The notes under the pieces are model-generated. The model was not told the DNA's origin and ran no database searches. It saw nothing but the letters and a program-made list of their open reading frames with translations. The position numbers and the translations under genes are program-made. 64,000 nt of DNA from Candidatus Poseidoniaceae archaeon (GTDB taxonomy: Archaea; Thermoplasmatota; Poseidoniia; Poseidoniales; Poseidoniaceae), in assembly GCA_938075675.1 (NCBI GenBank), contig CALJHE010000006.1:88415-152414 (forward strand), in the 5' to 3' direction. Below, one piece after another: positions 10,721 through 20,914 of this stretch; position 1 is the stretch's first letter; the number at the start of each line of letters is the position of its first letter.

Positions 10721-11686
10721 ATGAGCAAGGTGTTCGAAGCTGCAACAATGCTGTTGCTGCTGCTGTGCACCAGCATTTTGGCAGGATGCACAACCAGTTC
10801 CATCGACTCGAACGATTCCGATTCAACGACCGTTGAACAGACCTTACTTCCCGAATGGGAAGTTGGCGATCAGTGGCTCTACACCTTCATTACACCACAA
10901 TTTGGCGAAGATAGTGCACGATTGGTCGTTGCAGAAATTGACGATGAAGAAGGCGTATACCAAGTTGGAATTTCTTCTGAGCGTGAAGCACAGCGCCACG
11001 CAGTCATCAATCACAATCCATTCCTCGGTCGAATGACTCTGGATGGATTGTCCGTGTATGAAAACGGAGAACCGCAATCCGTATTTTCGTTCCCTTGGAC
11101 GGTCGGTGACACTTGGACATTCACTTTGTTCGGGCAAGATTGGACTGCGACTACCGATTCGATCAACAATGGAAACGCCCGCGTTTCGGCGACTTCTGCA
11201 GAAGGGCACGAGATATCCTATACCTTCAGTGGTGACAAAGAATTCATGGAAAACTTTGTTTGGCGTGATGGTGAAGGCGTACGGCAGTTACGAATGGACC
11301 TCAACTCCGCCCGTGATGGTTATTCCGGAGATGTTTTCTTCTATCGAGCACGTGATTTACTGGATAACCGCTACGAGAACAGCGACCAAGAAGTGTACGA
11401 CACCTTCCTTGATGAAGGGCATCCATCTGAGGGCGATTGGAACACTCTTGTTTGGTATCTCGATGTCGAGATAAGCCAAGGAGGTTCAGGCTCTCTCACA
11501 ATGAAAGACCATGCTGGAGCCTCCCCTCTCACCCGTGCCTGGGGCTCCGGTGCAACTGAAAAAGGAGCAATTGGAACGATTCCTTCGAACACCGGTGAAT
11601 ACTCGTTGACGGCAACAGTTCGAGGGCCGGATTCCTTCATTCACTTGCGTGTTGCTGGCGCACTCGTGTTCCAGTGGGAATTGTGA
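10721..11686 (+). CDS. Secreted lipoprotein of unknown function
   Basis: Hydrophobic leader ending in lipobox ILAG|C, Ser/Thr linker, LPEWEVGDQWLY motif, acidic beta-rich body. Start 10706 is also possible. Confidence 0.75.
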   Translation: MSKVFEAATMLLLLLCTSILAGCTTSSIDSNDSDSTTVEQTLLPEWEVGDQWLYTFITPQFGEDSARLVVAEIDDEEGVYQVGISSEREAQRHAVINHNPFLGRMTLDGLSVYENGEPQSVFSFPWTVGDTWTFTLFGQDWTATTDSINNGNARVSATSAEGHEISYTFSGDKEFMENFVWRDGEGVRQLRMDLNSARDGYSGDVFFYRARDLLDNRYENSDQEVYDTFLDEGHPSEGDWNTLVWYLDVEISQGGSGSLTMKDHAGASPLTRAWGSGATEKGAIGTIPSNTGEYSLTATVRGPDSFIHLRVAGALVFQWEL

Positions 11687-11695
11687 GGAATTTTT

Positions 11696-12310
11696 TTGCC
11701 GACGCTCGTCATGATGCATGGGATGACTGGTGATGCCAGTATGATGCGTCCTTTTGCCGAAAAGATACTTCCAGAAGGTTGGACGCTCATTGTCCCTGAG
11801 GCCCGCTATGCGCATCCTCGACGTGGACGTACATGGTGGAGATACGAGGACGAAGATGCTGATGCAACTCGGCGAATGACGCTTTCTCGGAGAGAACTCA
11901 TCGATGTAGATTCCTCTCTTTCACAATTGGAACAGCTTATATCTGAACAAGCGCCACTTGGTCCGCTTGTTGTCGGAGGTTTTTCTCAAGGTGGCGCAAT
12001 GGCTCAAGAGATGCTACAACTTCCACTTGCTGACCGAATCGTCGGTGTTGTGGCCATGGGTACTCGTCTGGTTCGAGAGATGGAACTTAGGCTTCGTTTA
12101 GCTGAGTTAGAGCCAAAGCATCTTTTTTGGATGCATGGAGAAAGAGATTTGAGAGTTTCCATCCAAGATGGCTGGGCAGTAGCCCATGTTTTTGAATCGG
12201 CGGGTTGGGCCATGGAGTTGATTGAACATCCGAAGGGGCATATGATCCCAATGGAGCACCACGACTCGTTGAAAGAGTGGTTAACTGCTCTGTCGCAGAT
12301 AAGGTTGTAA
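11696..12310 (+). CDS. Phospholipase/carboxylesterase (alpha/beta hydrolase)
   Basis: MHGMTG oxyanion motif, nucleophile GFSQG, HGERD, KGHMI triad; TTG start after a GAGGA RBS. Confidence 0.9.
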   Translation: MPTLVMMHGMTGDASMMRPFAEKILPEGWTLIVPEARYAHPRRGRTWWRYEDEDADATRRMTLSRRELIDVDSSLSQLEQLISEQAPLGPLVVGGFSQGGAMAQEMLQLPLADRIVGVVAMGTRLVREMELRLRLAELEPKHLFWMHGERDLRVSIQDGWAVAHVFESAGWAMELIEHPKGHMIPMEHHDSLKEWLTALSQIRL

Positions 12311-12565
12311 CTGGTCAAAACCACCAACGAAGACGGGTTGTTCTCCTCTGATATCGAGAATTACGGGCACAGTTCGGTGTCCTGTTGCTTCAACAACAGG
12401 CTTTCTCATGTCGGGTTGTTCGTCAAAGCTGATTTCAGTGAAAGTGAGTTTCTTGCTGTTGAGCAAACGCTTGGCGGCAGAGCAATATCCACAAAATTGG
12501 CCGGTGTACATGAGAAAGTCGGTGGAGTGAGTTTTCGCGTGCTCAAGCAGAATCTCTTCGGACAT
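12281..12565 (-). CDS. Glutaredoxin
   Basis: CGYC active site, TVP, FVGGFDQL. Confidence 0.92.
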   Translation of the reverse strand: MSEEILLEHAKTHSTDFLMYTGQFCGYCSAAKRLLNSKKLTFTEISFDEQPDMRKPVVEATGHRTVPVILDIRGEQPVFVGGFDQLQPYLRQSS

Positions 12566-12595
12566 AGCGTGAACTTTTCAGCGTCCTACTTGAAC

Positions 12596-13081
12596 CTATA
12601 TATCAAGCCGAATCACTTGATACATTTCGTCGGTATCCAATGTTTGTATGGCGTGCTGAACAGCGTTACATACTGCATCATCTGATGTTCCGGCGTGCTT
12701 CACAATCCGAGTGATAGCGCCTTTCTTCGCAGCCAGGCGGCCCAACACTTCAACGGTTAGAGCACCAAATCCATGAACGCCATCGGGTCTTGTCCCTTGT
12801 TCTGAGCCGTCCGGAACATTGGGCCTTTTCTTCCCATTTTCAGCCGATTGGTCGGTTAGAGCGACGAACAATTTTACATTACCTGCCTCGACGATGTCCA
12901 ATGCCGATCTCATGAGTGCAACGGTTCCTTCGAGTCGCTGCAGGTGCTGTGCACTTTGGTTGTCGAATGTGTCGACAATGATTGCATCTACTTCCTCATC
13001 GTTCTCTGCGATGTCCCAGCCCAATGTTTCGATGTATTGAGAAACAATTTGGTTACGGCCGAAGTACCGCAGTTTGGCCAT
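12596..13081 (-). CDS. Hypothetical protein, remote degenerate extended-SDR (NAD-epimerase)-like
   Basis: LEGTVALMRSA...GNVKLFVAL...RPDGVHGFGALTVE resembles the SDR core without the YxxxK motif; GGAG RBS. Confidence 0.6.
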   Translation of the reverse strand: MAKLRYFGRNQIVSQYIETLGWDIAENDEEVDAIIVDTFDNQSAQHLQRLEGTVALMRSALDIVEAGNVKLFVALTDQSAENGKKRPNVPDGSEQGTRPDGVHGFGALTVEVLGRLAAKKGAITRIVKHAGTSDDAVCNAVQHAIQTLDTDEMYQVIRLDI

Positions 13082-13240
13082 GTAACTCCCAGGAGATTCT
13101 TCATCATGTTCTTTCCCCTTCTTTCCTTAGGACAAACCGTCAATAGAATTAATTCATAAAGGGTACATAATTGATGTATGGGCTCCGATTTGGAGGGTTT
13201 TGAACGGAAGGATAAAAAGACCGGAGGCGTACAACGAATT

Positions 13241-16200
13241 ATGCTAGCGGAGCGTATGAGCAGATTCGGTGCTTTCGCCGCGCTGCTGATGTTTTTCTTC
13301 GCTTCGGTATCAACTTCACAACTGATGTTCTTGGAACTCGAGAACAGCAGTGAATTTTCAGCATTGTATTCATCTTCACGTTTTACGGATTCTGACTCCG
13401 ATGGAATACCCGATGCCGATGATGCTTGCGCCACTGGAAATACGGGATGGACGTCCAATTCCACCACTGATCACGACTCCGATGGCTGTCAAGACTCGAA
13501 CGAAGATACCGATGACGATAACGACACAATTGCTGATAATTTCGATGATTGTTCTACCGGGGCAATAGGGTGGACTCCGACATCAATCAATGATTACGAT
13601 TCGGATGGATGTCTCGATTCAACCGAGGATGATGATGATGACAACGATGGTGTCATTGACACATTAGATACATGCCAACTGGGAGATAAGGGTTGGAGTT
13701 CAACAAGTCTCAACGACTATGATTCAGATGGCTGCCAAGATATTTCTGAAGATAATGACGACGACAATGATTTAATTTTAGACAACTCCGATTCGTGCCA
13801 ATTTGGCGATTTGGGTTGGACTTCTTCTGCGTTAACCGACGTTGATAGCGATGGATGCCGAGATTCTACTGAAGACAGCGATGATGACGGCGATGGAGTT
13901 GAAGATGGCGATGATGATTGTCCAACGGGTGATACTGGGTGGACCTCGACATCCGCAACAGACCACGATTCAGACGGTTGTCAAGACGCTTCAAGTGAAG
14001 ATGTTGATGATGATAACGATGGCATTAGTGATTCTGCCGATTCTTGCCAATTTGGCAACATGGGCTGGACGCCTGATTCATCGACTGATTACGATTCAGA
14101 CGGTTGCCAAGATTCTGTCGAAGACACTGATGACGATGATGATCTCGTTCTTGATACCTCGGATGACTGCCAGTTCGGTAATCTTGGCTGGACTTCAACA
14201 TCCATCACAGACCATGACTCAGACGGTTGCCAGGATGCTTCAAATGAAGACACTGATGACGATAACGATGGTGTTTCGGATACAGCTGATGATTGTTCAA
14301 CAGGTGATCTTGGCTGGACTTCTGCAGCCATCTCAACCGATTATGATTCCGATGGTTGCCAAGATTCCTTAGAAGACCTTGACGACGATAACGACGGAGT
14401 TGCCGACTTGGCGCCTGACCTCTGTCAAAAGGGTGATATGGGCTGGACCTCTTCCCCATCTACAGATTTTGATGGCGATGGTTGCCGTGATTCAACAGAA
14501 GATTTTGACTCCGATAACGACGGTATTCTCGATAACAACGATGACTGTGTTAATGGCAACACTGGCTGGCTTTCGAGTTCCACCACAGACCACGATACAG
14601 ACGGTTGCCAAGATGCATCGACCGAAGATAACGACGATGACAACGATGGCATCAATGACCTTCTTGACACCTGCCAAACAGGTGTAATCGGATGGTCTCC
14701 ATCTTCGATTACCGACTACGATTCTGATGGATGTCGTGATTCGGACGAAGATTTGGATGACGACAACGACGGAGTCGGCGATGGCTCTGATTCCTGCCAA
14801 ACCGGCGACTTGGGCTGGATTTCCAGTTCCAGTAATGATTACGACAGCGACGGATGTAAAGATTCGACTGAAGATTCAGACCGAGATAATGACCTTGTTC
14901 TCGATGGATTCGATGCCTGCCCTCAAGGTGACCTTGGATGGATTTCTGGAACCTCGACAGACCATGATTCTGACGGTTGCCAAGATTCTCTCGAAGATCC
15001 CGACGATGACAACGATGGGGTTTTTGATTTATCAGATACATGTCAAACAGGTTCACTCGGTTGGACCTCTTCATCCGCAACAGACCGAGATGGAGATGGC
15101 TGCCGAGACTCAGATGAGGACTCGGATGACGATAACGACAGTATTGCAGATTCGATTGATTCGTGCCCGAACGGAGACATGGGTTGGACCTCATCTCCGA
15201 CAACCGACCATGATTCCGACGGTTGCCGAGATGCATCCACGGAAGATACCGATGATGACAACGATTCGGTCCTCGATGCCTCGGATACATGCCAGATAGG
15301 TGCCATTGGATGGACTCCGACTACGCTGACGGATTACGATTCTGATGGATGCAAAGACAATGTTGAAGACAACGATGATGACAACGACGGCATTATTGAT
15401 TCGAATGACGCCTGTGCTACAGGAGATTTAGGATGGACTTCCACCATCCTTAACGACAACGACCAAGACGGTTGCCGGGATGCAACCGAGGATTTTGATT
15501 CAGACAATGACGGAGTCACAGATGACCTTGACTCATGCCCTCAAGGCATTACTGGTTGGTCATCGACCTCCTCTACAGACTACGACAGCGATGGTTGCAA
15601 GGACTTGTCGGCTGAAGACGTCGATGATGACAACGATGGAATTACCGACGGGAACGATTTGTGCCCTACTGGGACAATAGGCTGGACTCCAAATGCAAAC
15701 AATGATTATGATTCTGACGGATGTAAGGACGACACACTGTTTGACATCGACGATGACAACGACGGCGTAGTTGATGCATTCGATGATTGTCAAATTGGAG
15801 ACCTTAACTGGACTTCCAGTTCCAGCACTGACCACGATAGTGACGGTTGTCAAGATTCTCTTGAAGATATGGATGATGACAACGATTCTGTTACCGATTT
15901 ACATCCAGATGCCTGTCAATTCGGTCTCACTGATTGGACCTCTACCCCCTCCACAGATTCAGATAACGATGGCTGCAAGGATGATTCTTCAGAGGATTTG
16001 GATGATGACAACGATGGAGTCGCAGACGGTCTTGATGACTGTCAGTTTGGCGAAGGTGCATGGACGCCGTCGCCCTCGACCGACTATGACTCGGACGGTT
16101 GCCGTGATTCAACTGAAGATCTCGACGATGATAACGATGGAGTAGAGGACTTAGAACCCGATTTGTGTCATTTTGGAGACATGGGATGGACTTCAACCAG

Positions 16201-19200
16201 TGCCACTGACAACGATGGGGATGGCTGCCAAGACAGTTCAACCGAAGATCCAGACGATGACAACGATGGAATCATGGACGGTCTTGACGATTGCCAAGCT
16301 GGAGATGTTGGTTGGTCTCCTTCTTCATCAACCGATTACGACTCTGATGGTTGCCAGGATTCTAACGAAGACCTTGATGATGATAACGATGGCGTTAACG
16401 ACGACCACCCAGATGTTTGCGATAAAGGCGAGTTGGGCTGGATTTCGACTCCTTCAAACGATTATGATGGCGATGGTTGTCGAGACTCGACCGAAGATTC
16501 GGATACCGATAACGATGGTATCAACGATGCATCTGACGATTGTAATTTCATGGAGACAGGATGGATTTCATCCTCCACCACTGATCATGATTCTGATGGT
16601 TGCAAGGACGATTCTACCGAAGACCTTGACGATGATAACGACGGAATTCCCGATTTAGCCCCTGACCAATGCCCCACTGGGATTATTGGTTGGGTACCCA
16701 CGTCAGCAAACGATTACGATTCTGACGGTTGCCGTGATGCTGACGAGGATATTGACGATGATAACGACGGTGTTGGCGATTCAAGTGACACCTGTGATAC
16801 AGGTAATCTCGGTTGGATTTCTGACAGCACAACAGACTTTGATGGCGACGGTTGCCGTGATTCAACTGAAGACATCGATGATGATAACGACGGAATAACC
16901 GATACCTCGGACAATTGCCAACTTACAGTGAATACCGGGCAAGAAAATCACGATTCAGATTCAGAAGGCGATGCTTGCGATGACGATGACGATAACGATG
17001 GAATCAATGATGACGCACCGGATAACTGTATCCGTGGTGCCATTGGGTGGACATCCACGTTGGCTAACGACCTCGATGCAGACGGTTGTAGAGATGCGGA
17101 TGAGGATGCCGATGACGATGGAGATGGTATATCTGACACATCCGACGACTGTACGCCCGGCCAAACTGGCTGGATATCGAACGGTTTCACCGACCACGAT
17201 GGTGATGGTTGCCAAGATAGCCTGCCTTCTCCGGGAGTAGGCGAGGACCTCGACGATGACAACGACGGTCTTGCCGACAATGCACCTGATTCCTGCCGGA
17301 TTGGCGATTTAGGATGGATTTCATCGCCGACGACCGACTATGATGGCGACGGTTGCCGTGATGCCGGTGAAGACAACGACGATGATGGAGATACCGTCGC
17401 AGATTCAGCAGACAGTTGCCTAACAAGCACGGTAGGCTGGATTTCTAATCCTACGACCGATAATGATGGCGACGGTTGTGAAGACGGTGTGAACGATCCT
17501 GACGACGATAACGATGGAGTCGCTGATAACATTGACAATTGCCAACTCACTCCGAATGCGGACCAGGCCAACTATGATGGCGACTCTGAAGGTGATGTCT
17601 GTGATGACGATGATGACAATGACGGTGTCAACGACCCTGACGACAGTTGTTTCCAGGGTGACAAAGGCTGGACTTCAACGAGTTTTACTGACCACGACGG
17701 CGATGGATGTCAAGATTCTACTTCGGAAGACGTTGATGATGATAACGATACAGTGCCAGATGTTGGTGATGCCTGCCAACTCGGCCTTGTAGGTTGGGTT
17801 TCAAACCCTACTTCGGATTACGATGGCGATGGTTGCCAAGACCTTGGTGAGGACATCGATGACGATAACGATGGTGTTCCTGATGTCAATGACCGCTGTC
17901 AAACTGGAGAGATGGGCTGGACACCGACTCTTCTTACAGACTACGACTCCGATGGTTGCAGGGATATTTCCGAAGATCCAGATGATGATAACGACGGAAT
18001 TATTGATTCCATAGATGTCCTCTGCCAAAAGGGTGACCTTGGATGGATTTCAGGCCCTGCAACAGACCACGATGCCGATGGATGTCGTGATGCAGGAGAA
18101 GACCTTGATGACGACAATGACACCAGAGCAGATGTAGATGATGATTGCAGAATCGGCGAATTGGGTTGGATTTCAAACGCAACGACCGATTATGATTCTG
18201 ATGGTTGCCGCGACTTAACTGAAGACCTCGATGATGACAATGACCTCATTTTGGATGACGATGATCAATGCTGGCCTGCAGATTTAGGATGGATCTCAGA
18301 TTCCACAACCGATTGGGATGCAGATGGGTGCAATGATTTCTCCGAAGACAATGACGACGATAATGACGGCGTACCTGACAATCTCGATGCATGTCCAACC
18401 GGTGATGTAGGTTGGATTTCGGTATTCACTTCCACTGTTGACCAAACTCTGATCACTGATTGGGACGGTGACGGTTGCCGGGATGTTGGTGAGGACTTTG
18501 ATGATGATAACGACGGTGTCCATGACGGTTCCGATTCATGTCCGAAGTACGGCCATCATTGGAATTGGTCATCGACAAACTTTGGCGACCATGACGGCGA
18601 TGGATGCATGGACGATTTCTACAACAATGGATTCTTCAGTCTTGAGGAAGATTTGGATGATGACAATGACGGTGTTTTAGACGTTGATGATGACTGCCAG
18701 GTGGGTGACCTCGGTTGGATTTCAGAGCCAATATCGGATAACGATGGTGACGGTTGTCGAGACTCGAATGAAGATTCTGATGATGATAACGATGGTATTG
18801 AAGACATTGATGATAATTGTCCGCGAGGAGAGTTTGGCTGGATTCCCTCCAACCTCACAGACTACGACAGCGACGGTTGCCTTGACGTGTCCGAGGATTT
18901 GGACGATGATAACGACGGAGTGATTGATTTTGCTGATTTGTGTCAGACGGGAGAATTAGGATGGACCTCCTCCGGTTCTGAAGATTACGACAGCGATGGC
19001 TGCCGAGACTCATCTGAAGATGATGATGACGATAACGACAACGTACTCGACGATGTCGACAACTGCTCAACTGGGCGCATGGGGTGGAGCGCACCATCTG
19101 AAAACATCGACTATGATTTCGATGGATGCTATGACGGAACTGAAGACAAAGATGACGATAACGACGGTGTCTTGGACGTTCAAGATATTTGCAACCGTGG

Positions 19201-20365
19201 AACTCGTAACTGGACATCTCTTCCATCAAACGACTATGATTCCGACGGTTGTCAGGATTCAAGCGAAGACAGTGATGATGACAACGACAAGATTAGTGAT
19301 TGGCAAGACGATTGTCCGGTTGGCGAATTAAGTTGGTTTTCCAGTGTGCTAACGGACTACGATGGCGATGGTTGCCGTGATTTCTCTGAGGATGATGATG
19401 ACGATAACGATAACCGTCTTGACACCGATGACGAGTGTCCTCTGGGAGAATCAAATTGGGATTCTACAAATCCACTTCAAGATCTCGATGAAAACGGTTG
19501 TAAAGATTTCACATCTGAAGACTCTGATTCTGATGGCGATGGAATTGTGGATGCAGAAGATGCGTGTGCTATTGGTGCAACCGGCTGGACTTCGAGTTCA
19601 TCAACCGATTACGACGGTGACGGATGCCAGGACAGCTCTGAGGACCTCGATGATGACAACGACAGAGTCTTGGATGTTAACGACCAATGCCCGACAGGTG
19701 AACTCCTATGGTCATCCACGAAATCCAAAGATCACGATATTGACGGCTGCCGTGATTCCTCCGAAGACGAGGATGACGACAACGATGGTGTGAAAGACAT
19801 CGACGACTTGTGTTCAACCGGTGAACTGGATTGGTTGACTTCACCGTCAACTGATTACGATGGTGATGGCTGCAGAGATGAGTCGATTGAAGACCCTGAC
19901 GATGATAACGATGGCCTACTTGACGGTCCCGATGATTGCAATCGAGGACTTCTCGATTGGATTTCGGATGAAGTGAATGATTACGATCAAGATGGTTGCC
20001 TTGATTCCAGTGAAGACCTCGATGATGATGAAGACGGTGTGAGTGACCTTCTCGATACCTGCCCGCTCGGTGAGAAGCATTGGATTTCTGCTCCGAATAC
20101 AGACTCAGATGCCGACGGTTGCCGAGATGGTTTCGAAGATACAGACTACATACTTGTCGAGGATGATGACACAGATACGGAGGAGGACTCCATATGCAAC
20201 CCAATGCTGCAAAATTGTGAGAATGAAGAAGCAGAAGACAAAGTCAACACTGTTGATGCACAATCTGAGACTGAAGTCAAACAATTGTTACTGACTATTC
20301 TTGCTTTAGCCATCATTCCAACAGTCATTGGTGTGCTTTACATTGCGTATCGGATGAAATGGTAG
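13241..20365 (+). CDS. Giant thrombospondin type-3-like (Ca2+-binding) repeat surface protein with N-terminal signal and C-terminal TM anchor
   Basis: Hydrophobic N-terminus (FGAFAALLMFFFA), about 60 tandem ~37-aa units DxDNDGxxDxxDxCxxGxxGWxSxxxTDxDxDGCxDxxED, C-terminal TM LLLTILALAIIPTVIGVLYIAYRMKW. Start 13241 or 13256. Confidence 0.93.
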   Translation: MLAERMSRFGAFAALLMFFFASVSTSQLMFLELENSSEFSALYSSSRFTDSDSDGIPDADDACATGNTGWTSNSTTDHDSDGCQDSNEDTDDDNDTIADNFDDCSTGAIGWTPTSINDYDSDGCLDSTEDDDDDNDGVIDTLDTCQLGDKGWSSTSLNDYDSDGCQDISEDNDDDNDLILDNSDSCQFGDLGWTSSALTDVDSDGCRDSTEDSDDDGDGVEDGDDDCPTGDTGWTSTSATDHDSDGCQDASSEDVDDDNDGISDSADSCQFGNMGWTPDSSTDYDSDGCQDSVEDTDDDDDLVLDTSDDCQFGNLGWTSTSITDHDSDGCQDASNEDTDDDNDGVSDTADDCSTGDLGWTSAAISTDYDSDGCQDSLEDLDDDNDGVADLAPDLCQKGDMGWTSSPSTDFDGDGCRDSTEDFDSDNDGILDNNDDCVNGNTGWLSSSTTDHDTDGCQDASTEDNDDDNDGINDLLDTCQTGVIGWSPSSITDYDSDGCRDSDEDLDDDNDGVGDGSDSCQTGDLGWISSSSNDYDSDGCKDSTEDSDRDNDLVLDGFDACPQGDLGWISGTSTDHDSDGCQDSLEDPDDDNDGVFDLSDTCQTGSLGWTSSSATDRDGDGCRDSDEDSDDDNDSIADSIDSCPNGDMGWTSSPTTDHDSDGCRDASTEDTDDDNDSVLDASDTCQIGAIGWTPTTLTDYDSDGCKDNVEDNDDDNDGIIDSNDACATGDLGWTSTILNDNDQDGCRDATEDFDSDNDGVTDDLDSCPQGITGWSSTSSTDYDSDGCKDLSAEDVDDDNDGITDGNDLCPTGTIGWTPNANNDYDSDGCKDDTLFDIDDDNDGVVDAFDDCQIGDLNWTSSSSTDHDSDGCQDSLEDMDDDNDSVTDLHPDACQFGLTDWTSTPSTDSDNDGCKDDSSEDLDDDNDGVADGLDDCQFGEGAWTPSPSTDYDSDGCRDSTEDLDDDNDGVEDLEPDLCHFGDMGWTSTSATDNDGDGCQDSSTEDPDDDNDGIMDGLDDCQAGDVGWSPSSSTDYDSDGCQDSNEDLDDDNDGVNDDHPDVCDKGELGWISTPSNDYDGDGCRDSTEDSDTDNDGINDASDDCNFMETGWISSSTTDHDSDGCKDDSTEDLDDDNDGIPDLAPDQCPTGIIGWVPTSANDYDSDGCRDADEDIDDDNDGVGDSSDTCDTGNLGWISDSTTDFDGDGCRDSTEDIDDDNDGITDTSDNCQLTVNTGQENHDSDSEGDACDDDDDNDGINDDAPDNCIRGAIGWTSTLANDLDADGCRDADEDADDDGDGISDTSDDCTPGQTGWISNGFTDHDGDGCQDSLPSPGVGEDLDDDNDGLADNAPDSCRIGDLGWISSPTTDYDGDGCRDAGEDNDDDGDTVADSADSCLTSTVGWISNPTTDNDGDGCEDGVNDPDDDNDGVADNIDNCQLTPNADQANYDGDSEGDVCDDDDDNDGVNDPDDSCFQGDKGWTSTSFTDHDGDGCQDSTSEDVDDDNDTVPDVGDACQLGLVGWVSNPTSDYDGDGCQDLGEDIDDDNDGVPDVNDRCQTGEMGWTPTLLTDYDSDGCRDISEDPDDDNDGIIDSIDVLCQKGDLGWISGPATDHDADGCRDAGEDLDDDNDTRADVDDDCRIGELGWISNATTDYDSDGCRDLTEDLDDDNDLILDDDDQCWPADLGWISDSTTDWDADGCNDFSEDNDDDNDGVPDNLDACPTGDVGWISVFTSTVDQTLITDWDGDGCRDVGEDFDDDNDGVHDGSDSCPKYGHHWNWSSTNFGDHDGDGCMDDFYNNGFFSLEEDLDDDNDGVLDVDDDCQVGDLGWISEPISDNDGDGCRDSNEDSDDDNDGIEDIDDNCPRGEFGWIPSNLTDYDSDGCLDVSEDLDDDNDGVIDFADLCQTGELGWTSSGSEDYDSDGCRDSSEDDDDDNDNVLDDVDNCSTGRMGWSAPSENIDYDFDGCYDGTEDKDDDNDGVLDVQDICNRGTRNWTSLPSNDYDSDGCQDSSEDSDDDNDKISDWQDDCPVGELSWFSSVLTDYDGDGCRDFSEDDDDDNDNRLDTDDECPLGESNWDSTNPLQDLDENGCKDFTSEDSDSDGDGIVDAEDACAIGATGWTSSSSTDYDGDGCQDSSEDLDDDNDRVLDVNDQCPTGELLWSSTKSKDHDIDGCRDSSEDEDDDNDGVKDIDDLCSTGELDWLTSPSTDYDGDGCRDESIEDPDDDNDGLLDGPDDCNRGLLDWISDEVNDYDQDGCLDSSEDLDDDEDGVSDLLDTCPLGEKHWISAPNTDSDADGCRDGFEDTDYILVEDDDTDTEEDSICNPMLQNCENEEAEDKVNTVDAQSETEVKQLLLTILALAIIPTVIGVLYIAYRMKW
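13388..20145 (+). repeat. Coding tandem repeat array (~111-bp degenerate unit, about 60 copies)
   Basis: Recurrent GAYGGNTGY...GAYGAYAAYGAYGG and GGNTGG at ~110-bp spacing; synonymous sites have diverged between copies. Confidence 0.9.
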
Positions 20366-20416
20366 TCTCTACGGAGAGACTCATAGGTTGAAAGAGTATG
20401 CCCTCCTCAGACAAAT

Positions 20417-20914
20417 GTGTCTCGTGTTCTTATTCTCGCAGCATCGACTGGTAAGAACCTTCAACTTGCCGTATCGTTTAAGGAATCCTTGGAGGAATTA
20501 GGGCACAAAGGTACAGTGCTTGACCTGTGTTCTCTCAACGCTCCAATGTACACTCCACAAGCAGAGAAAGAATTGACTGACCTTTCTCAGGTGGAACAGG
20601 TGATGGAACTTGTTCTCGAGTGCGATGCAATGATTGTTTGCGCACCAGAATACAACGGCTTAATTCCACCGGTTTTGAATAACATTATTGCATGGATGTC
20701 TGTTCAATCGAAGAACTTCCGAATGCTCTTCAATCAGAGGAAAGTTGGCCTCGCCTCTGTGAGTGGTGGCGGTGGTCATTATGCTGTGATGAGCATGCGA
20801 ATGCAATTTTCTTACCTCGGTTCAAATGTCATTGGCCGACCTGTAATCATCAACAAATCTAATCCATTCAAACAATCCTCGATTGACGTTCTCATCCAGC
20901 AGGTGGTACAATGA
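20417..20914 (+). CDS. NAD(P)H-dependent FMN reductase (flavodoxin-like)
   Basis: CAPEYNGLIPPVLNNIIAW, VGLASVSGGGG; GTG start. Confidence 0.9.
   Translation: MSRVLILAASTGKNLQLAVSFKESLEELGHKGTVLDLCSLNAPMYTPQAEKELTDLSQVEQVMELVLECDAMIVCAPEYNGLIPPVLNNIIAWMSVQSKNFRMLFNQRKVGLASVSGGGGHYAVMSMRMQFSYLGSNVIGRPVIINKSNPFKQSSIDVLIQQVVQ

Noticed and set aside
13388-20145. Periodic DNA pattern as a possible CRISPR array
   Set aside because: The units are degenerate at synonymous sites and lie in one 7-kb open frame. There are no identical repeats with unique spacers and no cas genes.
13350-20330. Many alternative-frame and antisense ORFs (Met/Thr-rich, Ser-rich) over the TSP3 gene
   Set aside because: These are shadows of repeated GAT/GAC codons, not independent genes.
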